Part shown: one piece after another, positions 41,063 to 51,382 of the stretch
Layout: the number at the start of each line of letters is the position of its first letter
How positions within the stretch are numbered: position 1 is the stretch's first letter
IMG/VR virus record: IMGVR_UViG_3300028829_005098
Location: 51,416 to 115,415 of that record
DNA length: 64,000 nt
Source: a virus
Direction: 5' to 3' (one strand)
Program-made: the position numbers and the translations under genes
The notes under the pieces: model-generated
The model's input: the letters and a program-made list of their open reading frames with translations, nothing else
Told to the model about the DNA's origin: nothing
Databases searched by the model: none

Positions 41063-42424
41063 TTAGTCAATAAAATTTTTCTTCACCACAGGAAGATACT
41101 CATTGAATTTTTCAGGTGTCCAATTTTGCATCTTCTGAAAAACTTCGTTATAGTGTTCGTATGTCCTTTTTAAAATATTATTAGAATTTACAAGAAAGCA
41201 ACAAGTCATAGAATAACTTTCTTTAAGAGAGGTTCTTTGAATCTCTTTATGTAATGATGTATATCCAATTTCTTCCTTATTGATATACTCTCCACTATTT
41301 ACATTATTAAATGTAGATACAAGTTCTTTTATTTGCAAGGAATTCTTGCAATATGAATCATTTGCAAACAATACTGTTGTGTTTTCTTCAAGCAATTCAT
41401 ATATGTGACATATATATTCAAAATAATAATACAGGAAATGCTTTTTTTCAGGAACTTTGGTGAATCTACCATTTATGTTTTTTAATTTAAACGAATTAGT
41501 ATCACGCACCGTGATTACATCTATTCCTGGAAAAAATACTTTTTTATTTGAAGAGTATACAATTCCAAACTTAGGTACTTTCCACTTTGCCAATACACGT
41601 TTTTTAACAATTGGTTTATTGGGTTCGTTGTTTTCTGTACGAACTTCTCTAAGTTTTTTGTTAAGGTATATGTTTTTCTTAGTTGCGTTTGCTTTACCTG
41701 TATATTCTTTTAATTTCTTTTTTACTAAATCGTTTACCTGTGCTTTTGTATAATTGACATATAATTGACGATTTATGTTTACATTTTCAGTTGACGCTGG
41801 TTCGTGGTACATATGATACCCCATTAAACTTACACTCGTATACGAAACCGAATCACTTAGTCTATTTTCCACAAAGTCTAGATCTTGGAAACCCCACCCC
41901 TCGAAGTCTTCATTCATCCCACCAACTCTTGCAAATTCGGATGATTTTATTATGAATGAAAACTTTCCGTTTTGGGAGTTGGTTTTGTAGTCTACTCCGT
42001 GATCTAAATGTAATTGTTCTGTTGCTTGCAGGTTATATGATTCTTGTTTGCTTAAAAATACAACTTCACTGAAAGGACGGATAAAGTCATAATCAGTATC
42101 TGCGTTATTTAAAACTTCATTGAAGTCAGTATAAAAATCTGCATCGACCATCCATATGAATTCAGTAAATGAGTGCTTGCTTGCATGATTTATTAGTTTT
42201 GATTTGTTTATCTTATCAATCTTTAAATCAATTACATGGTGTTTTAGATTTTCAAATGTTACAAGATATTGCTCTATCATTGGTGTAGAATCTGATCTTT
42301 GTTCACATACTATAACATCACACCCAATTTCATTTAATTTTTTTGCCAAGAAACAGAAATTATTGAATCTCAGAGATTTTAAATTAAATATAGGTAATAT
42401 AATTGTTATCTCAGTGGTGTTCAT
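41063..42424 (-). CDS. GT-A glycosyltransferase (GT2/GT7-like) with an extra C-terminal domain
   Basis: NKSKLIN, WMVDAD, GGMNEDFEGWGFQDLDF, HMYH. Confidence 0.8.
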   Translation of the reverse strand: MNTTEITIILPIFNLKSLRFNNFCFLAKKLNEIGCDVIVCEQRSDSTPMIEQYLVTFENLKHHVIDLKIDKINKSKLINHASKHSFTEFIWMVDADFYTDFNEVLNNADTDYDFIRPFSEVVFLSKQESYNLQATEQLHLDHGVDYKTNSQNGKFSFIIKSSEFARVGGMNEDFEGWGFQDLDFVENRLSDSVSYTSVSLMGYHMYHEPASTENVNINRQLYVNYTKAQVNDLVKKKLKEYTGKANATKKNIYLNKKLREVRTENNEPNKPIVKKRVLAKWKVPKFGIVYSSNKKVFFPGIDVITVRDTNSFKLKNINGRFTKVPEKKHFLYYYFEYICHIYELLEENTTVLFANDSYCKNSLQIKELVSTFNNVNSGEYINKEEIGYTSLHKEIQRTSLKESYSMTCCFLVNSNNILKRTYEHYNEVFQKMQNWTPEKFNEYLPVVKKNFID

Positions 42425-42425
42425 T

Positions 42426-44531
42426 TTAGTCAGTTTTTTCTATACCAAGTAGTAAATCAGAATTAGTTGAACGTTTGATTATTAGTCCTGCTTCATATAA
42501 CTCACGGAATGTGTAATGCTTACCTTCTACACTACCGTCAAATTTAAAGTCAATACAACATTCGTTTTCTTTTCCTACATTTAATGTAATAGTTACCACT
42601 TCATTATCAAGTGTATCTTGACCTCCAATTTCCATTGCAACATAACGTGGGTCGTAGTCTTTTGCTCCACGAATTCCAAGAACGTCTTGCCTTGCTTCGT
42701 TGAAGTATAATGCCATAAATGATGGTTGTGTTCCATATTCAACATTCTTTGGATAGCAGAAATGAGTTCTTTCACGTGCGTTTTTATATGTAACTCGCAA
42801 AGCATTCTCACTTGCACCACCTGGCATTGCAATTTCAAAATCTTCTTTAAGTGTATATAACTTTGGATTGGTTTCAAGTACCTTATTGTTTTGTCCAGTT
42901 GTCATAAACTTACTATCTCCATCAGAACTTAATAGATCTGCTAGTTTTGCTTGTGCAGGTGTTGAACCACCTTCCATTACGTCTATAAGTATCTTATCGT
43001 CAGAGCAACAACGTTCACTGTCACATATAAATGTAGAAGGTTGTATAATTTGTGCCCAGTGTCTTATATCAAGTGGAGTTCCGTCTTTATTTAAAATACT
43101 CAATGTTACGTTTTCTTGTGTGATACCTTCACCTTGCTCGTTCACAGGAATAATTTCAACAGCAGTTTGATTTGAGTCCAAGAAGAATTTGTTTATAATT
43201 GGTTCAGGTAAACTTGCACTTTCTACTTTAAAGTACAACTCATCTGCCATAGGAACTCTTATATCTTCATTTAGTGGGTCTGTTTCCAAACTAATTTCAA
43301 AAATAACTCCTTCAAAACTATATGCAGTTGATGCTCCACCAGGTGAAACAACTTTATCAGGAATATCAAGGTCATTGTTTGTTATAGTAGTAAGATTGTC
43401 ACCTCCAGAACCATCATCCTGACTTGCGTATCCACATTCACCTTTAATTCTAATATTTGGAAATCTTGATAGTGTGTTTGCGGTTTGAAATGGAATTAGT
43501 GATTTAAGAATACTTGCACTTTGTGAGTTTGCGGTATTTGATTTAAGTGTTACGGTTAAATCTCCTACTCCGTTTATTCCACTATCTAAGTTATCGGACA
43601 CACCTCCTTTGATTCCAAATTCTGATTCTACGGTGACAAGAAATTCAGTCTTATATTCTAATGTGTCACTTTGTGTTACATCTGCTACAAATTTATTGCT
43701 CAATATTCCGATATTTTTAAACATTGTGTGAACTTCACCACCATTCAAAGACTCCTGTGGTCCTGTTCTTCTTGTGTAATCTATTTGTGCTATGATTGGG
43801 TGTCTTGAAGTAATTCCACCGATATTCTCAATAGTTATTTTCCAACCACCACCACCCAGTGCAGTTTTCTCTACTTTAATGTCATATCGTTCGGATTGAG
43901 GTCTTCCTCCTGTTGGTGATCCTGTTAATGGACGATAATTTAAAACTACTGCGGTGTTTGTTCCTGTTGCTACGAATAGGGGTTTACTAATTACGGGTTC
44001 GTGAATATCATGCGTTACATTGTTTCCGAGTTTAACTTGTGAAGGGTGGGTTCTGTCCCATAGATAGTATACCTTACCTGCTTCTAGATTGGATTCTGTT
44101 GGTATTGTATCAAAAGATATTTTACCAGATAATACCACAACTGCATTAGTTTCAATACCATCCTCAGTTTGTTCACTTCCACTTCCGTCACAAGTTACGG
44201 ATACACTCTCTACTATACCAATTACTTCGGTTAAATGTTCTTGGTCTTCTGGATTATTTGTATCAAACATTGCATATGATAAATTGAATCCTTTTATTTT
44301 TGGGTCCCACCTCACCGCATCTCCAACCTTCGGACAATTATATGTAAGTTTTGTTCTAAGTAGGGTTCTTTCGGATTCCCATTTGTAATCAGATGCAGCC
44401 TGTTTTACTTGCTCGTATATATTTTCCAATACACTCTCATCACATTGACTTTTTACTGGTTCTAATGCTTGACCACCTATTGGTTGACATCCTCTTAAAT
44501 TAAATGCTGATCTATGTTGTAACGTTGCCAT
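42426..44531 (-). CDS. virion fibre/decoration-like protein
   Basis: Domain VGDAVR..EVIGIV..GKISF..GKVYYL..ISKPLFVATG..VVLNYR shared with the 587-aa protein. ATG 44531 follows the upstream stop (track start 44570). Confidence 0.6.
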   Translation of the reverse strand: MATLQHRSAFNLRGCQPIGGQALEPVKSQCDESVLENIYEQVKQAASDYKWESERTLLRTKLTYNCPKVGDAVRWDPKIKGFNLSYAMFDTNNPEDQEHLTEVIGIVESVSVTCDGSGSEQTEDGIETNAVVVLSGKISFDTIPTESNLEAGKVYYLWDRTHPSQVKLGNNVTHDIHEPVISKPLFVATGTNTAVVLNYRPLTGSPTGGRPQSERYDIKVEKTALGGGGWKITIENIGGITSRHPIIAQIDYTRRTGPQESLNGGEVHTMFKNIGILSNKFVADVTQSDTLEYKTEFLVTVESEFGIKGGVSDNLDSGINGVGDLTVTLKSNTANSQSASILKSLIPFQTANTLSRFPNIRIKGECGYASQDDGSGGDNLTTITNNDLDIPDKVVSPGGASTAYSFEGVIFEISLETDPLNEDIRVPMADELYFKVESASLPEPIINKFFLDSNQTAVEIIPVNEQGEGITQENVTLSILNKDGTPLDIRHWAQIIQPSTFICDSERCCSDDKILIDVMEGGSTPAQAKLADLLSSDGDSKFMTTGQNNKVLETNPKLYTLKEDFEIAMPGGASENALRVTYKNARERTHFCYPKNVEYGTQPSFMALYFNEARQDVLGIRGAKDYDPRYVAMEIGGQDTLDNEVVTITLNVGKENECCIDFKFDGSVEGKHYTFRELYEAGLIIKRSTNSDLLLGIEKTD

Positions 44532-44532
44532 T

Positions 44533-44928
44533 TTATGATTGGGTTGTTTGTTCAGGTTTACTTGATTCATTTATTTGTGCCAAGGCATCTGCATCTAGTG
44601 TAGGTACAGGGTCAACGGCTTTAACCCATGTAGGTGCAGTTCCTCCACCCAAACTCATTCGTGTGAATATATAAATGTTGCTAATTTGCTTTACGATTTC
44701 ACCAGGATTACCTTCTACTTGGTTTACGTAAGTAACAAAAGCATAATCTCCCTCCGAGGAATCTCCGATGTAAAGTCCTTTTAATGGCCAAACAGAATCT
44801 AGAAATTTTTTAATTTCTTCTTCAGGATTATTGTATTCAAGACAATCTTCGTTTTTATTTGAACCACAGGTTGAATAAAAAGTAAAGTGTTTATATCTAA
44901 AGTTTCCGATGTCGTATAATGATCCCAT
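44533..44928 (-). CDS. hypothetical protein
   Basis: 131-aa ORF between the two fibre-like genes. Confidence 0.6.
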   Translation of the reverse strand: MGSLYDIGNFRYKHFTFYSTCGSNKNEDCLEYNNPEEEIKKFLDSVWPLKGLYIGDSSEGDYAFVTYVNQVEGNPGEIVKQISNIYIFTRMSLGGGTAPTWVKAVDPVPTLDADALAQINESSKPEQTTQS

Positions 44929-44934
44929 GATTTA

Positions 44935-46698
44935 TTATTCCGTAATTAGTTCCCAATTTCCATAGTTTATACTTCCACCTGCAGTAACGTTATATTCAGT
45001 TTTAATATAACGTTTTAATTCTATCATCTGTGTTGAGAAGTCTATTAAACTTATATTTGCAACATCACCTTTTCCAGCATCAGGCCATTTTGGATTGATG
45101 AAATCATCAGCTGCGAAATTGTCTCCAATTTTTTTTGCGGTAAAATCTTTTTCGTTGGTATGTTGCATACAAGGTTCGTTTAAATTTGGATTTACTGCAT
45201 TACACGCATCATATGGTGTGGGGTACACAGGTTGATTTAATAAAAGTATTTGGTTTTCCGTTACTGCATAAAAAACTGGTTTAGCATAACTTACAACTTT
45301 CTTTGTTTGTGGGTCACGTTTAAATGGATTATTAATTGTAGTATTTCTAAACGGAGTTGCACCACTTGAAGCAGACTCTATGTTAGAGTCACCTGTTTTA
45401 TTGTTAAACCAATCATCTAGTTCATCAACACTATAATCATAAATTGTTCTTCTTAGTTTTTTTGTTTGCTCCGAGTAGGAGTTTGTGTCGGAATTAATAT
45501 CAAATGCATCAAGATAGTATGTGTATCCTCTTTTAAATAAAGCATTGGGTTTTGAATTAACATCCGTTTCTGTTATTTTTAATCCAGTCGGAATGTCAAA
45601 TGTTATCATCCCTGATGTTTGTATTTGAAAGAAGTCAGATGTTGCAATAGTTACGATTCCTATTACATCACACCCATACGCATCATCTATCATTAAGTCA
45701 CCTTCTCTTTTTTGGGAAGAAGCATTTGCTAATACATAAGGTGAATCACCACTTTCAAAGTCAAGGTATGTAGGTAAAATAGTTTCTGCAACTCCCTCAA
45801 ACTCTGTGATATTCTCTAGGTTGTCACCAAATTTTCCAGAAGCAGTTCTTTGTATTTTCCTTCTTACTCTTACAACATCCCCAACTTTTATTTTGGAACA
45901 ACTTGTTGAGTATTCAATTACAAATTTATTTGGTTGATCTGTTTTTTCACATATTAAACCACGATAATTTACAAATACACCAGACTGAGGACCTGTTGCT
46001 ATTAATAATGGTTTTGAAACATGGGGATCGTTTTCTATTAGTTGTTCAGCAGGATCAAAATCTGCTAATTTACCATCTCTTCCCAAGAAATAAGTTTTAC
46101 CTCCAATCAAAACAGATTCCGTGGATGCAATTTCAGATGTATCTAATTGGAACTTTTCAACAAATACTGCCTCGTTAAAACTAATATGCCCACCAAATGC
46201 AATGTTAATACTTAATATCTCACCATCAAAATCACGTTTTATTTTTCGTATAATTCCCACAACTTCTGCGTTATCAGGATTGTCAGAGGAAGCATGACGA
46301 TATTTGTTAGTTCCAAGATCACGTGATAATACATCACCCACTCTGTAAACGATTGTTTGTGTAGATTCAATGTTTTGATAAAAGTCATCAAAACTTACCG
46401 ACACTTCTGAGTGTCCTGGTGATTCGGTAAATTCAATTCCGTCACCAGTATCTTTTACTTTTACGAATGATCCAGGTGCAACATTATATTCATTTGGTAC
46501 ATCCGAGAGTTCACTGAATCTAATACCTACATCATTATGTTTAAGCAAAGATAGTTGTTCTGCTAACACTTGAGCGGTTATAGATTTAGTTTCTCCCGTG
46601 GGTGATGTAGCAAATTCGTCTTTGTCTACGACTATGAATAAGTCTTCGTTTGAGAGTTTGTCACTCTTGTTTAAGTCTGTGATTTTTTGGTTAGCCAT
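44935..46698 (-). CDS. fibre/decoration-like structural protein with a duplicated domain
   Basis: MANQKITDLN..DLFIVVD..TKSIT fibre-type N-terminus; two copies of the VGDV..V(V/I)GI..TY(F/Y)L..KP domain; ATATTTAT at 46722-46729. Confidence 0.65.
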   Translation of the reverse strand: MANQKITDLNKSDKLSNEDLFIVVDKDEFATSPTGETKSITAQVLAEQLSLLKHNDVGIRFSELSDVPNEYNVAPGSFVKVKDTGDGIEFTESPGHSEVSVSFDDFYQNIESTQTIVYRVGDVLSRDLGTNKYRHASSDNPDNAEVVGIIRKIKRDFDGEILSINIAFGGHISFNEAVFVEKFQLDTSEIASTESVLIGGKTYFLGRDGKLADFDPAEQLIENDPHVSKPLLIATGPQSGVFVNYRGLICEKTDQPNKFVIEYSTSCSKIKVGDVVRVRRKIQRTASGKFGDNLENITEFEGVAETILPTYLDFESGDSPYVLANASSQKREGDLMIDDAYGCDVIGIVTIATSDFFQIQTSGMITFDIPTGLKITETDVNSKPNALFKRGYTYYLDAFDINSDTNSYSEQTKKLRRTIYDYSVDELDDWFNNKTGDSNIESASSGATPFRNTTINNPFKRDPQTKKVVSYAKPVFYAVTENQILLLNQPVYPTPYDACNAVNPNLNEPCMQHTNEKDFTAKKIGDNFAADDFINPKWPDAGKGDVANISLIDFSTQMIELKRYIKTEYNVTAGGSINYGNWELITE

Positions 46699-46756
46699 TG
46701 TAATTCCTATACATATAAATAATAAATATACATATATTTTATTACAATAAATATTT

Positions 46757-47500
46757 CTATCTTAAACTTTTTATCTTCTTAACGATAAATTTAACCAATT
46801 CACTTCTAACAATATCATCTTCTGTGAATTCGAAACTATGAATTCCGTGTGATTTTGAGTCGGTGTCACCGAATAATTCACGGATGTTATTAAATCCACT
46901 TTTGTTACCAATATCACTTTGCATCGTGTCTCCACATATGAATAATTTTGAATTTTGACCTACACGAGTCATTATCGTAATAAGTTCTTTTTCTGTCATA
47001 TTCTGTGCTTCATCTACTACAATAAACTTATTTTCCCAAGATGCTCCACGAAGAAAACCTACCGGTATTCCATAGATTCGTTCTTCCTGTTGCAGGTATC
47101 TGATGTCTACGATACTTAAAAATTCTTCAAGTTTATCTTTTAGTGGTTCTAGGTATGGAGCCATTTTATCATCTTGTGCTCCTGGTAAAAATCCCAATTT
47201 GTGGTCTGAACTTTCTACTGCATTTCTTATATATACAAGTTCTTCAACTGCTTGATCTGTTAAATACCGTAACCCGCAATATATGCTTACATAGGTTTTT
47301 GATGATCCTGCTGGTCCATTTACAAACATTAAGTTTGTTTTTGGATCTAGTGCATTTTCTAAAAATTGTTTTTGTTTGTCAGTAAAGGGTTTGTGTTGTA
47401 TCCTTAACTTTCTTACTTCCTGATTGTTATTGATTGTGTCCTGCAACTCTGAATCAGTAAGTGTACTTTTTGTAATGTCATCGTGCTTTTTTCTTGACAT
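46757..47500 (-). CDS. phoH: PhoH-family ATPase
   Basis: GPAGSSKT, LGFLPG, FLRG, VVDEAQN, TRVG, GDTMQSD, DIVRS. Confidence 0.95.
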   Translation of the reverse strand: MSRKKHDDITKSTLTDSELQDTINNNQEVRKLRIQHKPFTDKQKQFLENALDPKTNLMFVNGPAGSSKTYVSIYCGLRYLTDQAVEELVYIRNAVESSDHKLGFLPGAQDDKMAPYLEPLKDKLEEFLSIVDIRYLQQEERIYGIPVGFLRGASWENKFIVVDEAQNMTEKELITIMTRVGQNSKLFICGDTMQSDIGNKSGFNNIRELFGDTDSKSHGIHSFEFTEDDIVRSELVKFIVKKIKSLR

Positions 47501-47543
47501 GGTTGTTTTCCTTTGTTTTATTATAAGCTATAGTTGTTATTAA

Positions 47544-47864
47544 CTAGTTAGTATTTATATTACTATTTTTTTCTATATATTCTATTAAAGCTTTTAAGAT
47601 TTTACATTTTTCATATTCCTCCATTTTTATATATTGTTCAAGTATATTTTTTAAATTGGGTAAAAAGTGAATGGATTTCACTACTACTTGTAACTCTGTG
47701 TTCTCAAAAGAAAAAACTCTTATAGTATCAGGAAGTGGACTATTCAGCACAATTTTATTTTTAAAGCACTCAAAAACGTGGTCAAGGTACTTTTTTTGAT
47801 TGTTTTTTAGTTCTTTTTCCAATAAATTGTTATTATTAGAAAGTTGTAGTATATTTTTTTTCAT
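47544..47864 (-). CDS. hypothetical protein
   Basis: 106 aa; C-terminal YIKMEEYEKC (UVR-like helix). Confidence 0.55.
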   Translation of the reverse strand: MKKNILQLSNNNNLLEKELKNNQKKYLDHVFECFKNKIVLNSPLPDTIRVFSFENTELQVVVKSIHFLPNLKNILEQYIKMEEYEKCKILKALIEYIEKNSNINTN

Positions 47865-47905
47865 CTCTAATATAAGTATTTAGTGTAAGATAAATTAAAA
47901 ATGTT

Positions 47906-48541
47906 ATGAGTAATTTTTTTCAAAGATACAAAAGAAACGGAGTACCTCGCACAGGGTTTGTGAAGAAGGAGACAGATTATTCGAAGGTTAATAACGAATT
48001 AAATAATAATAAAGATTCTGAGAATAAAATAGAAGAACGTGTTGAATCAACGGATATCAATGTTGATACAAACTCAGTAAGTGTAAAACCAAAGAGAACT
48101 ACTGAATCTGAACCACCACCTACAGTTAAAGAGCATCTTATGCATTTATTAGAACAGAGTAGAAAAGATGCTTTAAATAAAGCAGAGGATATAAAGTCTA
48201 AACCGTTATCAACAAATTTAAATGATGTAAAAAAAGAATCTGTTAAAAAAACTAAACATCCGAAAAAAGAATTTTACGAAACCGAAGCAGAACAACTTGG
48301 TTTTACAGATTTACCTAGTAATCTAGCGAATTCACTGGTTGCTTGGAAACGTAGTAATCGTCCAGTTGTAACCGCAGATCAATGGAATACTCGTCTAAGT
48401 ATATGTCGTGGTTGTAGTTATTGGATGGAAAATAAAGAATCTAATGTTGCTAAGTGCATGAAGTGTGGATGTAGTAGTGGTAAGTTATTATTAGCAAGTA
48501 ACTCATGTCCACTCTCCCCACCAAAATGGAAAGCACTTTAA
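47906..48541 (+). CDS. protein with a C-terminal Cys-rich (Zn/Fe-binding) domain
   Basis: RLSICRGC...KCMKCGC...CPLSPPKW; first gene after the divergent strand switch. Confidence 0.65.
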   Translation: MSNFFQRYKRNGVPRTGFVKKETDYSKVNNELNNNKDSENKIEERVESTDINVDTNSVSVKPKRTTESEPPPTVKEHLMHLLEQSRKDALNKAEDIKSKPLSTNLNDVKKESVKKTKHPKKEFYETEAEQLGFTDLPSNLANSLVAWKRSNRPVVTADQWNTRLSICRGCSYWMENKESNVAKCMKCGCSSGKLLLASNSCPLSPPKWKAL

Positions 48542-48607
48542 TACTTTTTATAATATTTTTATAATAATTTTGAACTAAAACTTTTTTTGAGATATATTTA
48601 TGTACAA

Positions 48608-48805
48608 ATGAATGATGCAAACTACAAATTAACAACGGTAAAAGTATTATCTGACAAATACTCAGAATTCAAAATGAATACCCTAACTTCTGATATGACC
48701 TTACAGAAATTGGTAAATCGTGCGATTCATTTGTATTTGACAGAAAACAAATTTAAAGAACAAGTCGATAAGACTAACCCTATCACCGATAATAAGAAAT
48801 ACTAA
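48608..48805 (+). CDS. ribbon-helix-helix-like DNA-binding protein
   Basis: LTTVKV..KYSEFK...TLQKLVNRAIHLY; ATG 48608 follows ATATTTAT at 48594-48601. Confidence 0.6.
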   Translation: MNDANYKLTTVKVLSDKYSEFKMNTLTSDMTLQKLVNRAIHLYLTENKFKEQVDKTNPITDNKKY

Positions 48806-48834
48806 TTGACTTTTATTTCTTTTTGTTCCATAAT
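48806..48834 (+). promoter_or_regulatory. sigma70-type promoter
   Basis: TTGACT-N17-CATAAT, 7 nt before ATG 48842. Confidence 0.65.
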
Positions 48835-48841
48835 AAATGGA

Positions 48842-50101
48842 ATGAAACCTAATATACTGCTCATTGGAGATGATATACGATACCCAACTGGTGTGGGTAA
48901 TATATGTAAAGAACTTATCACAAGGACTTTAGACAAATATAATTGGATACAAATTGCCAATAAACAGAATCATCCTGAGTCAGGTAAGATAATTGATGTA
49001 AGTAAATCCATATCAGAACGATATAAAGTAGATGATTGCTATGTTCGTTTATATTGTTCAAATGGATACGGTGACGAGCAAACCTTATTTGGTATATGTG
49101 AGAATGAAAAAATTGATGCGGTAATTCACATTACCGATCCTAGATTTTACAAATGGTTATATTCAGTTGAAAATAAGTTAAGAAAAACAACACCTTTGTG
49201 TTATTATCATGTATGGGATAATTATCCAATTCCCACCTACAATCGTGGAGTTTATTTAAGTTGTGACTGGATAGGTTGTATTAGTCAACTTACTTACGAT
49301 GTTGTAACACAAGTTACAGACGGAGAGGTATTTTGTGAATATGTACCACATGGAGTTGATACAAGTATTTTTACAAAGATAGATAATGCTTCCATTAAAA
49401 ATGCACGTGAAAGTTTACTTGAAGAAAAATGTAAGTTTGCGGTTTTATGTAATAACGTAAACATGAGACGAAAACAGTTACCTACATCCATTGAGGGTTT
49501 TTCAAAGTTCTATAACACAATTTCAGAATCAGATAGAAAGCATACACTATTAATGCTACATACAAACTCTGTTGGTGAAGGTGGGCATGATTTAATTAAG
49601 TTAGTTAACGATTTATATCCCGAGGTAAATGTTTTATTTAGTACAAGCAAAGTCACTCCTGAAATACTAAATCAGATGTACAATACTTTTAGTGTTACAT
49701 TGAATACTGCTAGTAATGAAGGTTTCGGTTTATCTACACTAGAATCATTGTCAGCAGGAACTCCTATTATTTGTAACAAAACGGGTGGACTTAAAGATCA
49801 AATTGATAAAGACAATACATGGGGATTGGGTCTTGAACCAAGTATTTCAAAATTATCAGGTGATGGAAGTAGTCCTTATTTATACGAAGACTATGTTTCC
49901 GCAGACTCTGTTGCGTCTGCTATTCTAACTATGTATAATAAAACTGAAGATGAACTTGATAGCATGGGAAAACTCGGTCGTAGTTTCGTTGAAGAGAATT
50001 TTAAGATAGACCGAATGATAAATGGTTTAACGAATGGTATTGATTATGCAATAGCAAATTTTAAACCTTCCCCAAAATATAGATTTAATAAAGTATCATG
50101 A
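48842..50101 (+). CDS. GT4 (GT-B) glycosyltransferase
   Basis: PHGVD, NMRRK, EGFGLSTLESLSAGTPII..GGL; ATG 48842 (track start 48806 is TTG). Confidence 0.9.
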   Translation: MKPNILLIGDDIRYPTGVGNICKELITRTLDKYNWIQIANKQNHPESGKIIDVSKSISERYKVDDCYVRLYCSNGYGDEQTLFGICENEKIDAVIHITDPRFYKWLYSVENKLRKTTPLCYYHVWDNYPIPTYNRGVYLSCDWIGCISQLTYDVVTQVTDGEVFCEYVPHGVDTSIFTKIDNASIKNARESLLEEKCKFAVLCNNVNMRRKQLPTSIEGFSKFYNTISESDRKHTLLMLHTNSVGEGGHDLIKLVNDLYPEVNVLFSTSKVTPEILNQMYNTFSVTLNTASNEGFGLSTLESLSAGTPIICNKTGGLKDQIDKDNTWGLGLEPSISKLSGDGSSPYLYEDYVSADSVASAILTMYNKTEDELDSMGKLGRSFVEENFKIDRMINGLTNGIDYAIANFKPSPKYRFNKVS

Positions 50102-51351
50102 AAAAGAAACTATTATATGTATCACCTATAATGTCAAGAAGTGGATATGGTGACCACGCACGTGAATTTGCACAATATCTTACTACAAAGAACAATGAAT
50201 ATGACATAAGAATGGTTGCTACACCCTGGGGTTCAAATCCACAAACAGGACTAATTGATAATCCACCATTGAACAAAAAATTATCGGAATATTTTATTAA
50301 AAACGATGATGCCTTTGAGGGATGTGATGTATATATTCAACTTGGACTTCCACCCGAATTTAAAGCAATTGGTCAATTCAATATAGGTATAACTGCAGGT
50401 GTAGAAACCGATACCGTTGGTTCTTCGTTTATAGATGGTGTAAATAAAATGGACCTGCTTATAGTTCCGTCTCAGTTTACAAAAGAAACATTTCTTAATT
50501 CATCGTATTCAAACAAACAAGGCAGAGTAATAAAAATAGAAACTCCCATTGAGGTAATACATGAATATGCCGATGACACGTTCTACAAAGATGAAGCAAT
50601 TAATTTAGGAACTATATCAGAGTTAAATCAAATAAAAGAAGACTTTTGTTTTTTATTTGTTGGTCAGTGGGTATCAAGTCACACAGATGATGGTGGACGT
50701 AAAAATGTTAATTCACTCATTGAATCGTTTTTAAATGCATTCTCCGATGAAAAAGATAAACCTGCACTGGTACTTAAAACTTCAGGTACGAATTTCAGTA
50801 TAAGTGATTATATAGATACCGAAAATAGAATCAAAGAAATATTAACAGAACATACATCCAAAGATTTGCCGAGCATTTATTTATTACACGGAAACTTTTC
50901 TTCAACTGAATTATATCAGTTATACAACAATCCTAAAATTAAAGCATTTGTAACACATACACGGGGTGAGGGATTCGGAAGACCAATACTAGAAGCATCA
51001 TTATCAGGAATTCCAGTTCTTGCAACTAAATGGTCAGGACACTTGGATATTATTGATAAAAAGAATTCTATATTACTACCTGGTCAACTACATGAGGTTG
51101 GAATTGATAATAGTATTTTTACAAAAGAATCAAAATGGATGACAGTTGATGGTGAATATTCTTCTAGTAAAATGAAAGAAGTTTTCCGTGAATATGAAAA
51201 ATATTCAAATAAAGCAGTCAAATTAAAAGAAATCAATTTAGAAAAATTTAGTCCGTCAAAAATTCACGATGATTGTGATAAAGTTTTTGAAAAATACTTA
51301 TCAGAGTTACCTGCGTTTGAAGATATAGAGTTACCTGAGTTGGATATATAA
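50098..51351 (+). CDS. GT4 (GT-B) glycosyltransferase
   Basis: SRSGYG, RKNV, RGEGFGRPILEASLSGIPVLATKWSG. Confidence 0.9.
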   Translation: MKKKLLYVSPIMSRSGYGDHAREFAQYLTTKNNEYDIRMVATPWGSNPQTGLIDNPPLNKKLSEYFIKNDDAFEGCDVYIQLGLPPEFKAIGQFNIGITAGVETDTVGSSFIDGVNKMDLLIVPSQFTKETFLNSSYSNKQGRVIKIETPIEVIHEYADDTFYKDEAINLGTISELNQIKEDFCFLFVGQWVSSHTDDGGRKNVNSLIESFLNAFSDEKDKPALVLKTSGTNFSISDYIDTENRIKEILTEHTSKDLPSIYLLHGNFSSTELYQLYNNPKIKAFVTHTRGEGFGRPILEASLSGIPVLATKWSGHLDIIDKKNSILLPGQLHEVGIDNSIFTKESKWMTVDGEYSSSKMKEVFREYEKYSNKAVKLKEINLEKFSPSKIHDDCDKVFEKYLSELPAFEDIELPELDI

Positions 51352-51382
51352 TAACTAACTTGTTTCATATATATTATATGTT

